NCBI GenBank assembly: GCA_013239625.1
Contig: MU053810.1
Coordinates: 4,372,071 to 4,436,070 of the forward strand
Length of the DNA stretch: 64,000 nt
Reading direction: 5' to 3'
Origin: Lama guanicoe
Lineage: Eukaryota
Of this stretch, positions 52,110 through 64,000 are shown piece by piece; positions within the stretch are counted from its first letter, which is position 1, and each line of letters begins with the position of its first letter. Below the pieces are notes generated by a model. The model saw only the letters and a list, made by a program, of their open reading frames with translations. It did not search any database and was not told where the DNA came from. A program made the translations under genes and the position numbers.

Positions 52110-54545
52110 CAATATTTGTGTTTGGTGTTAGGTAAAGGTTCAAGTCTTGCTTATGATACTCAACCATCCTAGTGTGACTTATTGAAAAGACTATCCTTTT
52201 CCCCATTAAATTGCCTCCATTTCTTTTCAAAAATCAACTGACCAGATACGTATGAGTCTATACCTGAAATTTCTGTGATGTTCCATTGATGTGTACGGTT
52301 ACTGTTACTCTAAACACACTCTTGACAAATGTAGCTGTGTAATAAGATCTGACATTATGGAGCGTAGGTCCTCCACTTTTGCTCTTCCTTTTCAAAATTG
52401 TGTTAGCTGTTCTACTTCTTTTATGTTTCTATATATTTTAGAATCAGTTTTCCAATTTCTACAAGAAAGCTGGCTAGGATTTTTACTGAAGTTGCCATGA
52501 ATCTGCAGATAACTGAAAGCAAAGCAATATAGTCTTCCACGAACGTGGTAGTCTCTATTAATTTATGTCTTTCTTAATCTCCCTCAGCAAAGTTTTGTAG
52601 TTTCTGGTATTACAAGTCTCGCACATTAAATTATCTTGAAGTATTAGATTTATCTTGTTAAATTTATCTTGAAGTATTTCACATTTTTGTGGGTATTATA
52701 AATAATATTTAAATTCTTGCTTTCCAATAATTCTTTGCTAAAATATAGACATTCAATTAATTTTATGTATTGACCTTGTCTCCAGTGATCTTGCTAAACT
52801 TAGTTCCAGTAGCTTTATTGTAGCATCTTGTGGATTTTCCACATAGAAATCATGTCATCTGTAAATAAAGAGAGTGTTACTTTTTTTCTTTCTAATCTGA
52901 ATGTATTTATTTCTTTTTCTTGTGCTGTTTGTTGCACTGGAATAAAACCCTCAGTAAATTCCTGGAAAGAAACAAGAGCAAACATCTTGTCAGAAAGAAA
53001 GCAATCATTCTTTCATCATTGAGATATTAGCTGCTAAGTTATTTCATCAGTGTTTTTTTTTATCAGATTGAAGATGTTCTCTTTATTCTTAATTTACTAA
53101 AAGTTTTTATTATGAATGTGTGTTTATTTTGATCAAATTCTTTTTCTGGTTCTACAAGATGATCCTATCTTGTTTTCCTTTTTTGATGAGTTAAAATGGT
53201 GAATTACATTGATTTTCAAATGTTAGAGTAACTTCACATTTCTAGGATATATCCTTAGCATAATATGTTACCCTTTTTATATATTGCTAGATTCAAATTG
53301 TTAAAAATTTCCTTTGAGACTGTTACATATATGTTTATGATACATTTTGGTCAGTAGTCTTCTGATAATGTCATCTAGTTTTGGTATCATGTTAACTTGG
53401 CCTCACAGAATGAGTTAGGAAAGAAATACTCACTTTGCTTCTATTTTCTGGAAGAGTGTGGATAGAATTTGTGTTATATTTTCCTTAAATGTCTTTAGAA
53501 TTCAATAATGAAGTTATCTCAGGCTGAAGTTTTCATCATGGTCTGGTTTTTAATTATCAATTCAATTTCTTTTATAGATATGGGAAATTACCTATATCTT
53601 CTGGAGTGAGGTCTGATAGTTTATATCTTTAAAGCAGTTTGTACATTTCACCTAGGTTAAATTTATTGCTATAAAGTTACTCATAACTATATCTTTTTGT
53701 CATACCTTCTCTTTCATTCTTGATATTGATAGTCTGTGTAATTCTTTTTTTCTCGATTATGCTGTCTAGAACCTCATAAATTTTATTGATCTTCTCATAG
53801 AATTACTATTTGGTTGCATTGATTTTTCTCCATTGCTTTTCTGTTATCTATTGCATTGAATTGTGTTCTTTGTTGATTCTTCCCTTATACTTACTCCAGA
53901 TTTAATTTGTTCAAGGTGGAAGCTTAGATCATTGTTTGAGACCTTTCTTATTTTCTGGCAAAAATACCTATAATGTAAGCCTGTATAACATTATATAATG
54001 CTATAACTTTCCCTTGAAGCATGCTTTAGCAACATCACTCAAGTATTTTTATGTTATCTATTCAAGTTCATTCAATTTAAAATATTTTATAATTTTACTT
54101 ACTATTTCTCCTTTAACTCATGGATTATTTAATATGTGGGGATTTTTCAAGTAGCTTTCTACTACTGGTTTATAATTGAATTCTGTTACGATCAGAGAAA
54201 ATACTCTATGCATTTCCATATCTCTGTACAGCACCCTTCTGTGTATTTTGCCCTGAGAAGTGTGCCTTTGCCTCCCTGCACATTGGACTCTGCCTCCTCA
54301 ACTCAGAGAGATAGCTGGCCTCTGTTTGGGTATCCCTTCCCTTCACTGGGGTCTGAAAACTCCCAGACAATAACCAGGGACATTTGTTGAGCTCACCTCA
54401 TTTGTTTTTATTCTCTCAGCAATCACTTTCCTGTGCTATGCATCGTATAATGTTTGAAAACCATTCTTTCATATATTTTGTCTCTTTTCCTAGTTGTTTG
54501 AAGAAGAGCAAATCTGGTCTTTTTTATTCTGTGGTTGCCAGAAGC
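52110..54545 (-). mobile_element. Old L1 (ORF2 and more 5' fragments), antisense
   Basis: ttattgaaaagactatccttttcccc, atcatgtcatctgtaaataaag, cctcacagaatgagttaggaa, ctattttctggaagagt. Confidence 0.8.
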
Positions 54546-54639
54546 AAGCCAGAAACTGGTTAAAGTCAATTAATCAATTGTTGCTGTTTTGAGGAATTGG
54601 TTAATTCAACAAATTGGTTAATGCAACAAACAAAATGTA

Positions 54640-55950
54640 ACTTTAAAATGGCACCTTTTTCAGTAGCAAAAACAAGATAAAGTACCCAGTAATATATTTA
54701 ACAAAAGATGTACAATTTATAGAATATAGAAAACATGATAAAACTTAATTATTTAAAACTTAAGTAAAAGGAGAGAATATAATGTTAATGGATAGGAATA
54801 TTCAATAGTGTAAATTTATCTATAGATTCAATGCAATACCAATGGGAAACTTTCTTCCAGCTTTATTAAGGTGTAATTGACATATAACATTGTGTAAGTT
54901 TAAGTGTTTGGCAAAATTTTTACCAATGAAGCCATCTGGTCATGAACTTTTCCTTGTGAGAATTAGTGGAAATTTTAATAATTTTTGTTTTACATGGAAC
55001 TTAGCAAGATGTTTATAAAATTTGCATGAAATAAACAAAGCACTAGGAATACCCAAGACACACCTTAAGAAGAACCATTGCCCAACCAGATATCATGATT
55101 TATAATATGAGTCACATTTACACAATCTATTTGGATAGATTGAGTTTCTAATCTTGCCTGGATACCTACAATTTATTTCTCTGAGCCTCAGTTTCTTCAT
55201 CCACATAATAATAGTGCCCACTTCACAGAGTAATGATGAGGAATAAATGAATTACCATGTAAAAAGTACGTGGAACAGTATCTGGCACAAATGTCAACAT
55301 ACATTAGCTATTTTTATTATTATTTAGCTCTAATTATTAAGACAACATAGCACAGGGGTAGACAAATAGATAAACAAAACATATTCAAGAATTCAGAAAA
55401 CACTCACACAAAATGGGAACTAATGACAGACTGACATTTCAGATCCATGGGAAAGGATAGTTTATGGTGAGGTATAATTGATTGGTTGATTATCTATGTA
55501 GAAAAAAAAAACAAATCCTTTCCTCAAACTGAAAACAAACCAAATATTCATCAACTGTAGAATGTAATATGCTCATATCATGGGCTATTTTATGAAGTGA
55601 AACTGAATGAATTACAGTCTTTCATGTACATACATATATGAATCTCAAGAAACATAATGCTGAGCTAATGGTAAATCACAGAAGAACAAATACTATTTGA
55701 GGTCATTTATATAAACTTAAAAAAAAAGCAAAACCAGACAAGATAATGTTTATAGATATAGATACATTTGCAACTATGAAGAAAAACAAGAGAATCGTTA
55801 AAACTTAATCCAGAGAAGCTGTCATGTCAGGGTTCAAGGGCATGTGACCAACTGGAAATACTTGGAGGATTTCACATTTTCTTCAAATGTAGTATTTTAT
55901 ATCTAAAGCTTGGAAATGGGTATATGTGTGTCTTTTGTATTTTTTAACTT
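54640..55950 (+). mobile_element. Fragmented ancient L1 (L1ME-like) with an embedded MIR at about 55140-55325
   Basis: atttaacaaaagatgtacaa, tatagattcaatgcaatacc, aatctcaagaaacataatgctgag; MIR tctctgagcctcagtttcttcatc. Confidence 0.6.
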
Positions 55951-55974
55951 TACATTTTGGTATAGATCCTTTTT

Positions 55975-56573
55975 ATTTTTTTTAACATTTTTTTATTGAT
56001 TTATAATCATTTTACAATGTTGTGTCAAATTCCAGTGTAGAGCACAATTTTTCAGTTATACCTGAACATGTATATATTCATTGTCACATTTTTTTCTCTG
56101 TGAGCTACCATACGATCTTGTATACATTTCCCTGTGCTATACAGTATCATCTTCTTTATCTATTCTACAATTTTGAAATCCCAGTCTATCTCTTCCCATC
56201 CCCCCCCCGCCCCCTTGGCAACCACATGTCTGTGAGTCTATTTCTGTTTTGTATCTCTGCTTTGTTTTTTTTTTTTTTTTGATTCCACATATGAGCAATC
56301 TCATATGGTATTTTTCTTTGTCTTTCTGGCTTACTTCACTTAGAATGACATTCTCCAGGAGCATCCACGTTGCTGCAAATGGCGTTATGTTGTCGGTTTT
56401 TATGGCTGAGTAGTATTCCATTGTATAAATATACTACATCTTCTTTATCCAGTCATCTGTTGATGGACATTTAGGCTGTGTCCATGTCTTGGCTATTGTA
56501 AATAATGCTGCTATGAACATTGGGGTGCAGGTGTCATCCTGAAGTAGGGCTCCTCCTAGATATATGCCCAGGA
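55975..56573 (-). mobile_element. Young 5'-truncated L1, same subfamily as 41778-42585
   Basis: Near-identical to 41790-42375; perfect 16-bp TSD ggtatagatccttttt at 55959-55974 and 56574-56589. Confidence 0.93.
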
Positions 56574-57959
56574 GGTATAGATCCTTTTTATATTTGCTGT
56601 ATCTCAAAATTTTTAAAAATTATCTGAGGAGTACTATAAAATCTAAATATCACTTGTGGTATATCAATAGTTTTCTGCTTCCATAAATGTTATATTTGAT
56701 ATTTTAAAATTTTAATACTGTGAAATAAACTTTATGCCATAAGCTAAAAAAAAAATCCTACATTATAAATACCCTGTGAAGAGCTTTTCCAGAGAGCATA
56801 TTTTCCATGGGTTAAAATTAGGGGCCTCCTGAGGATGTAAAAAAGATGTCAAGGAAGAAAGAAGAAGTGAAGGAAGCCAAGGGCTGTGAAATGACATTAA
56901 AATATAATGGAAAATAAACTTGTATTTCACAGTTTCCTTAACTACCCGTAAGTGGGTAATTTTTTGTCTTTTTTTCTTTTTTAAGAAGTAGAAGGATCAT
57001 CTGAATAATCCTACCCTGGATTGGAGATGCAAGACAATCCAAAAAAGACCTTTAGAGCCCCATCTGGTTTTGGAAATTAGAAGGGTTAAAAAAATGAAGA
57101 AGTACCAAAGCTCTGTTTAAAATACACGCTGCTCTGTTTCTCTGCATAAATATCTACACTGCCTTGTTTGCGAGCACGAGTCTGCAGAGATATGAGGGCT
57201 ATAGACTATTCTTGCACAGCATGTCATCAATTCTTCCTTTCATCCACTCTAAAGAGGATTCAGGGACCAGGGTGAGCTTCTTTTGCTTCATAAAAACAAA
57301 TGCAGGCTGTTCACTGGCTCTTTATTCACTTAGGAAAAAAATGGGAAACTTCAGTACAGGAGCTTCTATAATATAATTCAGGGCAAATTTTGGAAAGGCA
57401 GAGCCAAAGGACTTGCCAGCAAGGACTCTAAAGCCATGCAGGGAAACCTCTCCCTCACTTTGAGGAAGGTCTGCTATACCTTTCAAGAAAAAGAGGTGCT
57501 CTCCAAGGAAAAGAAAGGACAGGGGCAAGGAAGCAGAGGCGGGAGACAAGTTCTGAAAAGGTGGTTTCAGAGTCTTTTTGAGGTAAATCCATCTCTAGTC
57601 TTGCTCATAACAACTGGAGCAGTAGTTGTGTCTGTCTTTGTTGAAGGAAGGGAGAGAGAATGGAATTAAATTTCAGTTCCAAAGGCTTTGCATCCTCTGC
57701 TTGCTGTGTGGCTGTGTGACCGTGAAAGGGGAGCTGTTGGGTCTGCTGGCAGCCATGGTTAGGCTTCAAAGAGAAAATCATGGTTTTTTTCAGGGAGCGG
57801 AATGACTCTGCTCATCTCCTTAAATTCATCTTGTGAAAACAGGATTTGCATTTGGCATTGCCCAGGCTACAGGAAACTGGAAAGAGGGAGAAGAGGGACC
57901 ACTGTCTAACCTTGGTTTCACAAGGAGAAATTACAGTGCCAGCAAATATGGACCTGAAT

Positions 57960-58765
57960 AATTTTTACTGCAATAAAATGTTCCATTTTGACCATTTTTC
58001 AGTGTACAGTTCTGTGGCATTAAGTGCATTCACATTGCTGTGCAACCATCACCGCCATCCATCTCTAACGTCTCTAGAACTTTTTTTAATCTTCCTCAAT
58101 TGAAACTCCGCACCCATGAAACATTAATTCCCTTTTCACTCCCCACAGTGCCTCGTAACCACTGTTCTTTCTTTCTCTATGTATTTGACTACTGTAGGTA
58201 CCTGATATAAGTGGGAACATACACATTTATGCTTTTATGACTGGCTTATTTCACTTAGCACAATGTCTTCAAGGTTCATTCACGTTATAAGTCAGAATTT
58301 CCTACCTTTTTAAGGCTGACTAATAGTCCGTTGTATGCGTACACCACATTTTGTTTATCTGTTGATGGACACTTGGATTACTTCCACCTTTTGACTACTG
58401 TGAATAATACATCTATGAACATATGCAAATATCTGTTCCAGTTCCTGCTTTCATTTATTTTGGCCATATACTCAGAACTAGAATCAGTGGGTCATATGGT
58501 AATTCTACATTTAATTTTTTGAGGACCTACCAATACCATTTTACACAGTGGCTGCACTGCTTTACATTCCCATCAAAAGTGCACAAGGGTTCCAATTTTT
58601 CCACATCCTCCCCAATACTTGCTATCTGATTTGGGGGATTTTTGTTTGTTTGTTTATAATGTTCATCCTAATCAGCATGTGATGATATCTCGTGGTTTTG
58701 GTTTGCATCTCCCTCATGATTAAAGATCTTGAGCATCTTTTCACGTGATTCTTGGCCTTGAATAC
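57960..58765 (-). mobile_element. L1MA/MB-like 3' end
   Basis: gtgtacagttctgtggcattaagtgcattcacattgctgtgcaaccatcacc...gactggcttatttcacttagca. Confidence 0.85.
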
Positions 58766-60635
58766 TTTTTAAAGCCGTGCAATTTTATATTCAAAGAGCC
58801 ATTTTTTAATTTCACTATTTTTTGGAGTCCGATTTCTTTATTAGTTTTGTCTAAAATTTACTGTGGTTTGAATACAGGGAAAAGGGAATTGTAATCTTTA
58901 AACATTTAAAAACAACATTTGCATTGTCTTTGTTGACGGATCACATCTCAAAATGTTTAATGTTCGGCGGCTACACTTTCTACTCATCCTTCCTCAAAAG
59001 TTAAATGAATATGTAGTGCACTGTTAGTTTTATTCAGTTTTTGCATTCATATCATGATTTCTCAAACCCCTTACCACCATTAAATCAGAGCATTTTAAAG
59101 CCTATGGAAACCAGAAAGGATTTCTTTGGTATTGCAGAAAAGCAGCAGGTGTCTGGTGAACTAAATGTCATTCCTTATTTCCACAAGTGCCTGGAAGTTC
59201 TGAAATAACCTCTTCTTACTTTTTCCTTTTTTAAGATTTAGCTCTTACTAACCTGGACTATTCAATATGTTGGATGTTTTATAATAACTAAGAACTTGAA
59301 TAATTTGAAATTATAAACATGGAGCCCCAGCACCTTTTTAAGTTACAGCAAGAATTAGTAAGCTCATCCACTTGTCAGATAACCATTATGTTTGTTGGTT
59401 GCCTCCTTCATGTTGTCACTGGATTGTTTTTTCCTTCTCAGAATTGTGTAGATCTACTTAGTATCTGAAGTGGGGAGGGGCAGCAGGTGTCTTGCAACAC
59501 TGTTGCCTCACTTGCATTTTAGAGTAAGTAAAAGGACTGCCCATTATAGTTACAAATATTTACAACCTCATGGATAAATCTGAACACACTGCTATTACCA
59601 ATAAGTCATAAGAATAACTTCTTTACATTACTCAGTGTTTTCAAGCTGTTCTATTTTAAGTTGTACTTTCCACAATATCACTGAAGACCAGCCTAATAAG
59701 AAATCGCTTATCTTGACTTCAGGATTCTATTTTTAAATATAAAATTTTAACTTGCACTTAGAGCCGATATGATTCTTAAAATGGCACATGGAAAACCAAC
59801 CGTCTGTAACTACTAAATTCCAGCCTCCGTCACAACCTGGCTGTCTAACACATTTTTGGACAACTTTTTCAAACTGCTTCCAAATCTTCTGTTGGTTCAG
59901 ATAAGTCTTTCTGCCTCCTATGTATGGGAGGTTTTGCAATAAAAACCAAGAAAGTTCTTCTTGGCACTGACAATTTTATAACATACTGAAGCATGTCCTA
60001 AATAATTTTAAGGTTCTTTTACAATATAGAAGCACAGATGGGTGACATCATGGGTGTAAAGCAACTTTTATTGAACTCATAAAAAAATGCTTTTTAAAAG
60101 ATTCTTAGAAATTAGAGTTGTTAAATCAAGAAACCTCTCTGTTGCGTTTAAGAAGGAAATTGAGGAATCTGAACTTACAAGCCTTTGTCTTAAATCTACG
60201 AAGCATGAACATTTTTACAAGATAAGTTCAGACCATAGATTCAGTTATCCAGACACTCAGACTATGCCTTCTTACATCTGGCAACCTGTATAAATGAACT
60301 ATTGGTACAAAATGAGAAAGCCTGGTAGACTCCAGCTAGCCAAAGCAGTGGGTGTTAGTCCTGTCCCCGCTGTGTTTCGTAATTGTTAGAATCAATATAT
60401 CTGTTCATGGAGACCATCATGAGACCTACCTCAAGTCCCTGAATGTGATGTAAGGTCCAACTAGTGGGGGGAAGTGATTTAAGAAATAGTTCACATCTAG
60501 ATTTGGAGCCAGAGTACAGAGTGTGCTCAATTAGACAGGGTGAGGCAAGGAATCCATAAAGCAGGGGTTTTAGTCAAGGAGACAGGAATTCGAATGGTAT
60601 TGTCATTCACGAGTGGTTAATTGGCTGCTATAGAA

Positions 60636-60862
60636 CAGGGGTCACATCTGTTCTATAGCAAACAGTGAGTAACTCTGTCACATCTATTTTTATAAATCAA
60701 GTTTTATTGGAACACAGCCTTGCCCAGTCACTCGTGTTTGGTCTGTGGCTACTTTCACACTCTGATAGCAAAGTGGAACAGTTCCCACAGGGATCATTTG
60801 GCTCTCAAAGCTGAAATTTTTGACTGTTTGGCCCCTTACACAAAACATTCACTGACCCGCTG
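60636..60862. mobile_element. MER58A-like hAT transposon
   Basis: caggggtc...ataaatcaagttttattggaacacagcc...tggccccttacacaaaacattcactgacccgctg. Confidence 0.7.
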
Positions 60863-61820
60863 CTTTTAAGACTCTAATATACCTAAGCAGTCTTCAGGAT
60901 AAATAGGAAAATTGGTCACTTACAGCTACGAAAATTATTGCCTTTAACTCATGTGTTAATTTACAGTTGTCAGAGTGCTTTCATATTCATTCTCTCACTT
61001 GATGGTTGCGACAGCCCTGTGATATGAACAGGACAGATACCAGGACACTTTTTTCAAGGTGATTTGGTCACGAGAGGTAAAGTGACTTCTTTGCAGTTAC
61101 CTAACAGACTGGGGTGTTGCTGTGGGCAGAGTGAGCTCAGAAGGCAGACCAATTTCACCAAGTTGTTTTGCTGGACACATGGCAAAAAGCAAGGTCAGGA
61201 GGCAGGGACGGGGAAGCGCGAGATGCCTGGGAGATGCTGGTATGCAGGCACCTGTCCTCCTAGGGGAGCGTGGCTGCCGCCCTCAAGCCCCTTCTCCCCT
61301 TCACCTTCGCCATGGTCGTGTTGTTTCCACATCAGAAGCTCCTTGCTCACTCCCTCCAGACTGCTGCTCTCCCACCTGCTCCCCAACACAGGATGTGCTG
61401 CTTCCAGACTGGAGCTGCCTGATCTCCGTGACGCAAAACTCAGGTACATATGCGGGACCCTTGCAGCTACAGGTTGCCGGTGCATTTGGCGGTTTGGCAT
61501 GTGACATCCAAGAAGACAGAGGCACTTGTCCCAGGTCACCACTGTGACTAAACAATCACTGAATTTTACGCTCAGTGGGCCGTGTGGATTACAGTCAGAC
61601 ACTGTGATTTCTAGAGCCAAGGGCAGACTCTGGGGCCAGCCTGAGTTCAAATCCCAGCTTTAGTACCTTCAATCTGTGAGATTTGGGGTGAGTTTCCAGG
61701 CCTATGAGTGCCATAATTTACTTATCTGTAAAATGGGGGTGGTAGAATCTACCTTTTAGGGTGACAGTGAGGGATAATTGACTCAGAATCATGTTGTATG
61801 TATTAAAAATGCACAATATT

Positions 61821-61954
61821 GGGGGAGGGTGTAGCTCAGTGGTAGAGTGCGTGCCTAGCAGGCACAAGGTACTGGGTTCAATCCCATGCACCTCCATTAA
61901 AAATAAAATAAAAACCTAATTATCCTCCAAAAATAAAAAATAAATAAATTTTTG
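61821..61954 (+). mobile_element. tRNA-derived SINE (Vic-1-like) inserted in a MIR (about 61590-62000)
   Basis: gggggagggtgtagctcagtggtagagtgcgtgcctagc...gggttcaatccc; TSD aaaaatgcaca[a/g]ta at 61805-61818 and 61955-61968. Confidence 0.88.
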
Positions 61955-64000
61955 AAAAATGCACAGTAAGTGCTAACAATTGTTATTAATAATCGTTACT
62001 GTCTCAAGGAAAACCAGGCCGCCAGCAGCCTGCATACTTTCATCTTGGGAGGCATCACTTTTTGTCTGTTGCCTTCACCGCCTCAGTTGGGTGTGGATTG
62101 TCATTTACATTTTCTCACCCACCCTGAGGGCATCCTGCAGGTGGACCTAACCCAGTCCCTGTCTGCATCTCCAAGGTGCACCGGGAAGACACTAATCATT
62201 CCAACTGTGAGGCAGGTGTGGCTACCTGGGAAGGTGACCGGGGCCAATTCAAGTCTCCAGATCATGGAGAAAACCCCAGTTAGTACACAGAACTCCCATT
62301 ACACAAGGTGGGTCATGAAGAAATGAGGGAAGATATTCCCTTGTATATGATCTCAATTTCCATGTCAAAACAAGAGAAAGTTTATTCAAAGCTTCTAGGA
62401 GGAGTTTGGGTTAGCTGTAAGAAAGAACTAGTAAGCATGGAGATTTTGTGTCAGTTTAAGCTGTCAGGATTTGAAAAACAGAACAGGTTCAGAGAGGTGT
62501 AAGAGAACTCTGAGTTGGGAGGTATTCTGGATCAAAGGACCAGTCATGTGTAGGTAGCTACTGGTGTCAAATCCTGATGGGAAAGCAGAAGTGGCAGATT
62601 AACAGACTGTGAGAGAGCCCGGGTGCAGGCCGGCCAAGTGCAGGGTCACTGCAGGCCGTGGCCTTGAGCCAGCCTCTGGGAGCCACACCCCAGCAGCCTC
62701 CTCTTCCCCAGATCATCCCTGGGCCAAGGCTGCTGAGGTGGTTACAAAAGCCGAATTCAGGAGCCATAGCACAGGATCAGAACCAGGAGGAAGAGAGTTT
62801 ACGGGAAGGGATGGTTTCCCCAAGCCCCATACTCTGAACATCGTAGTGTTGTTTCTTCGGTGAGGAATAATGTCAGCAGAATCTTCCAGGATTTCTATGA
62901 GCTAGAGACATCCAGATGTGAAGCTAAGTAAAGATATATGTGGGGAGGGGCTTGGAGAGGGACAAGAGTCCAGTGAACAATCCCATAGTGATAATCATTA
63001 AAAGTGGTTCAGCAAGATGTTCTAACACTGAAAAAGTGGTGGTGGCTGGTTTAGAATAGACAGGGTAAGTACTTCGAATTTTAGAGGAGGAAGAAAACTG
63101 GCCCCACTCTTTTTGGACAGAAAGGTCAGCCATTTCTAGAGGTAGTGACAGTGAGATTGTGAGACTTGGGGAGAAAACCTAGAGTGCTGGGGGGACAAGG
63201 TTACCACCAGTACACGCTGGAGCCTTGTTACAGTCTTAAGGAGAAAGGTAACTTCAAGGTCCAGAGTGTTGACCAACGCTGTGCTTAGGTCATTGTGGGG
63301 AGACACCAATCAAGAAAGGAAACAGGCGGAAATAAAGCCCAAGAATTCAAAGTAAATCTGAGTCCAAAAACTCAGCTAGGGAAAGATCTTAGTCTGGAAG
63401 TATTAGGATATGGAGTTGATGAGCAAATTGCCTGCTGATCACAGTAGAGAAATTGTCCACTGTAGATTAAAGGAACTTTCTTGGAGTAAGTTGGTAGATG
63501 TGCTCTATTTCCCAGAGAAAGTGAGGGTTTGTTCTGTAGGGGCTGGTCTTTGCCCTGAGGTCACTCACAACTCAAACAAGATCTTTGTGATCCAATGGTA
63601 GCTTCCTAACTTTAGAATCCAACAATTATAAAATAACATAGATTACATATTTTCCTCTTTCCCTTTTCCCTTTGGTGCTAGGAAGCTCAGAGCCAAATTT
63701 CTATCTGCCTTAAGTATAGAATACATTTCCATGTTCTGACTTTTCCTCTGGCCTCTATTATTAGTTATTTCTTATTTTAACTTCATATTACATTCATTCT
63801 AGGAGTGTGTGTGTTTTGTAAGTCAATTAAGATCCTTTTCGGAATGAAACAAAGATAGAAAAAAATTAAGAAAACCTCTCCTCTTTATTTTCATCTTCCG
63901 TTTTTATAAGGGTTTTGTTGGGCTAGTTTGGGTTGTATGGCTGGGCAAAAGCTTCTGTGTCAGCTTCCAGAATTTATGATGGCCTGAGGGTTTGATATAC

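Noticed and set aside
61821..61895. tRNA-like sequences here and at about 21545-21617, 33270-33343 and 43535-43610
   Set aside because: They are SINE heads with A-rich tails (TSDs seen for three of the four), not tRNA genes.

Overview
Mammalian genomic DNA, probably camelid (inferred from the tRNA-derived SINEs and L1 3' ends). No intact resident protein-coding exon is recognisable. The window holds interspersed repeats (old and young L1, MIR, L2, MaLR/ERVL/ERV1 LTRs, hAT transposons, tRNA-SINEs), four mRNA retrocopies and a decayed 7SK copy within about 52 kb. The retrocopies are a 3' UTR + poly(A) at the window start (tentatively FSCN1, +), RALY (-), KRT18 (-) and NACC1 (-). The standout is the NACC1 copy. 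It has a poly(A) tail, a 14-bp target-site duplication (TSD) at a TT/AAAA site inside an old L1, and apparently no intron 1, yet it keeps introns 2-5 with all eight GT/AG sites intact. Its spliced frame (about 534 aa, BTB + BEN) is heavily substituted but broken by only one 1-bp deletion, so it is a semi-processed retrocopy and possibly a former or current retrogene. Repeat family names and parent-gene comparisons come from recall of consensus sequences, not from searches.
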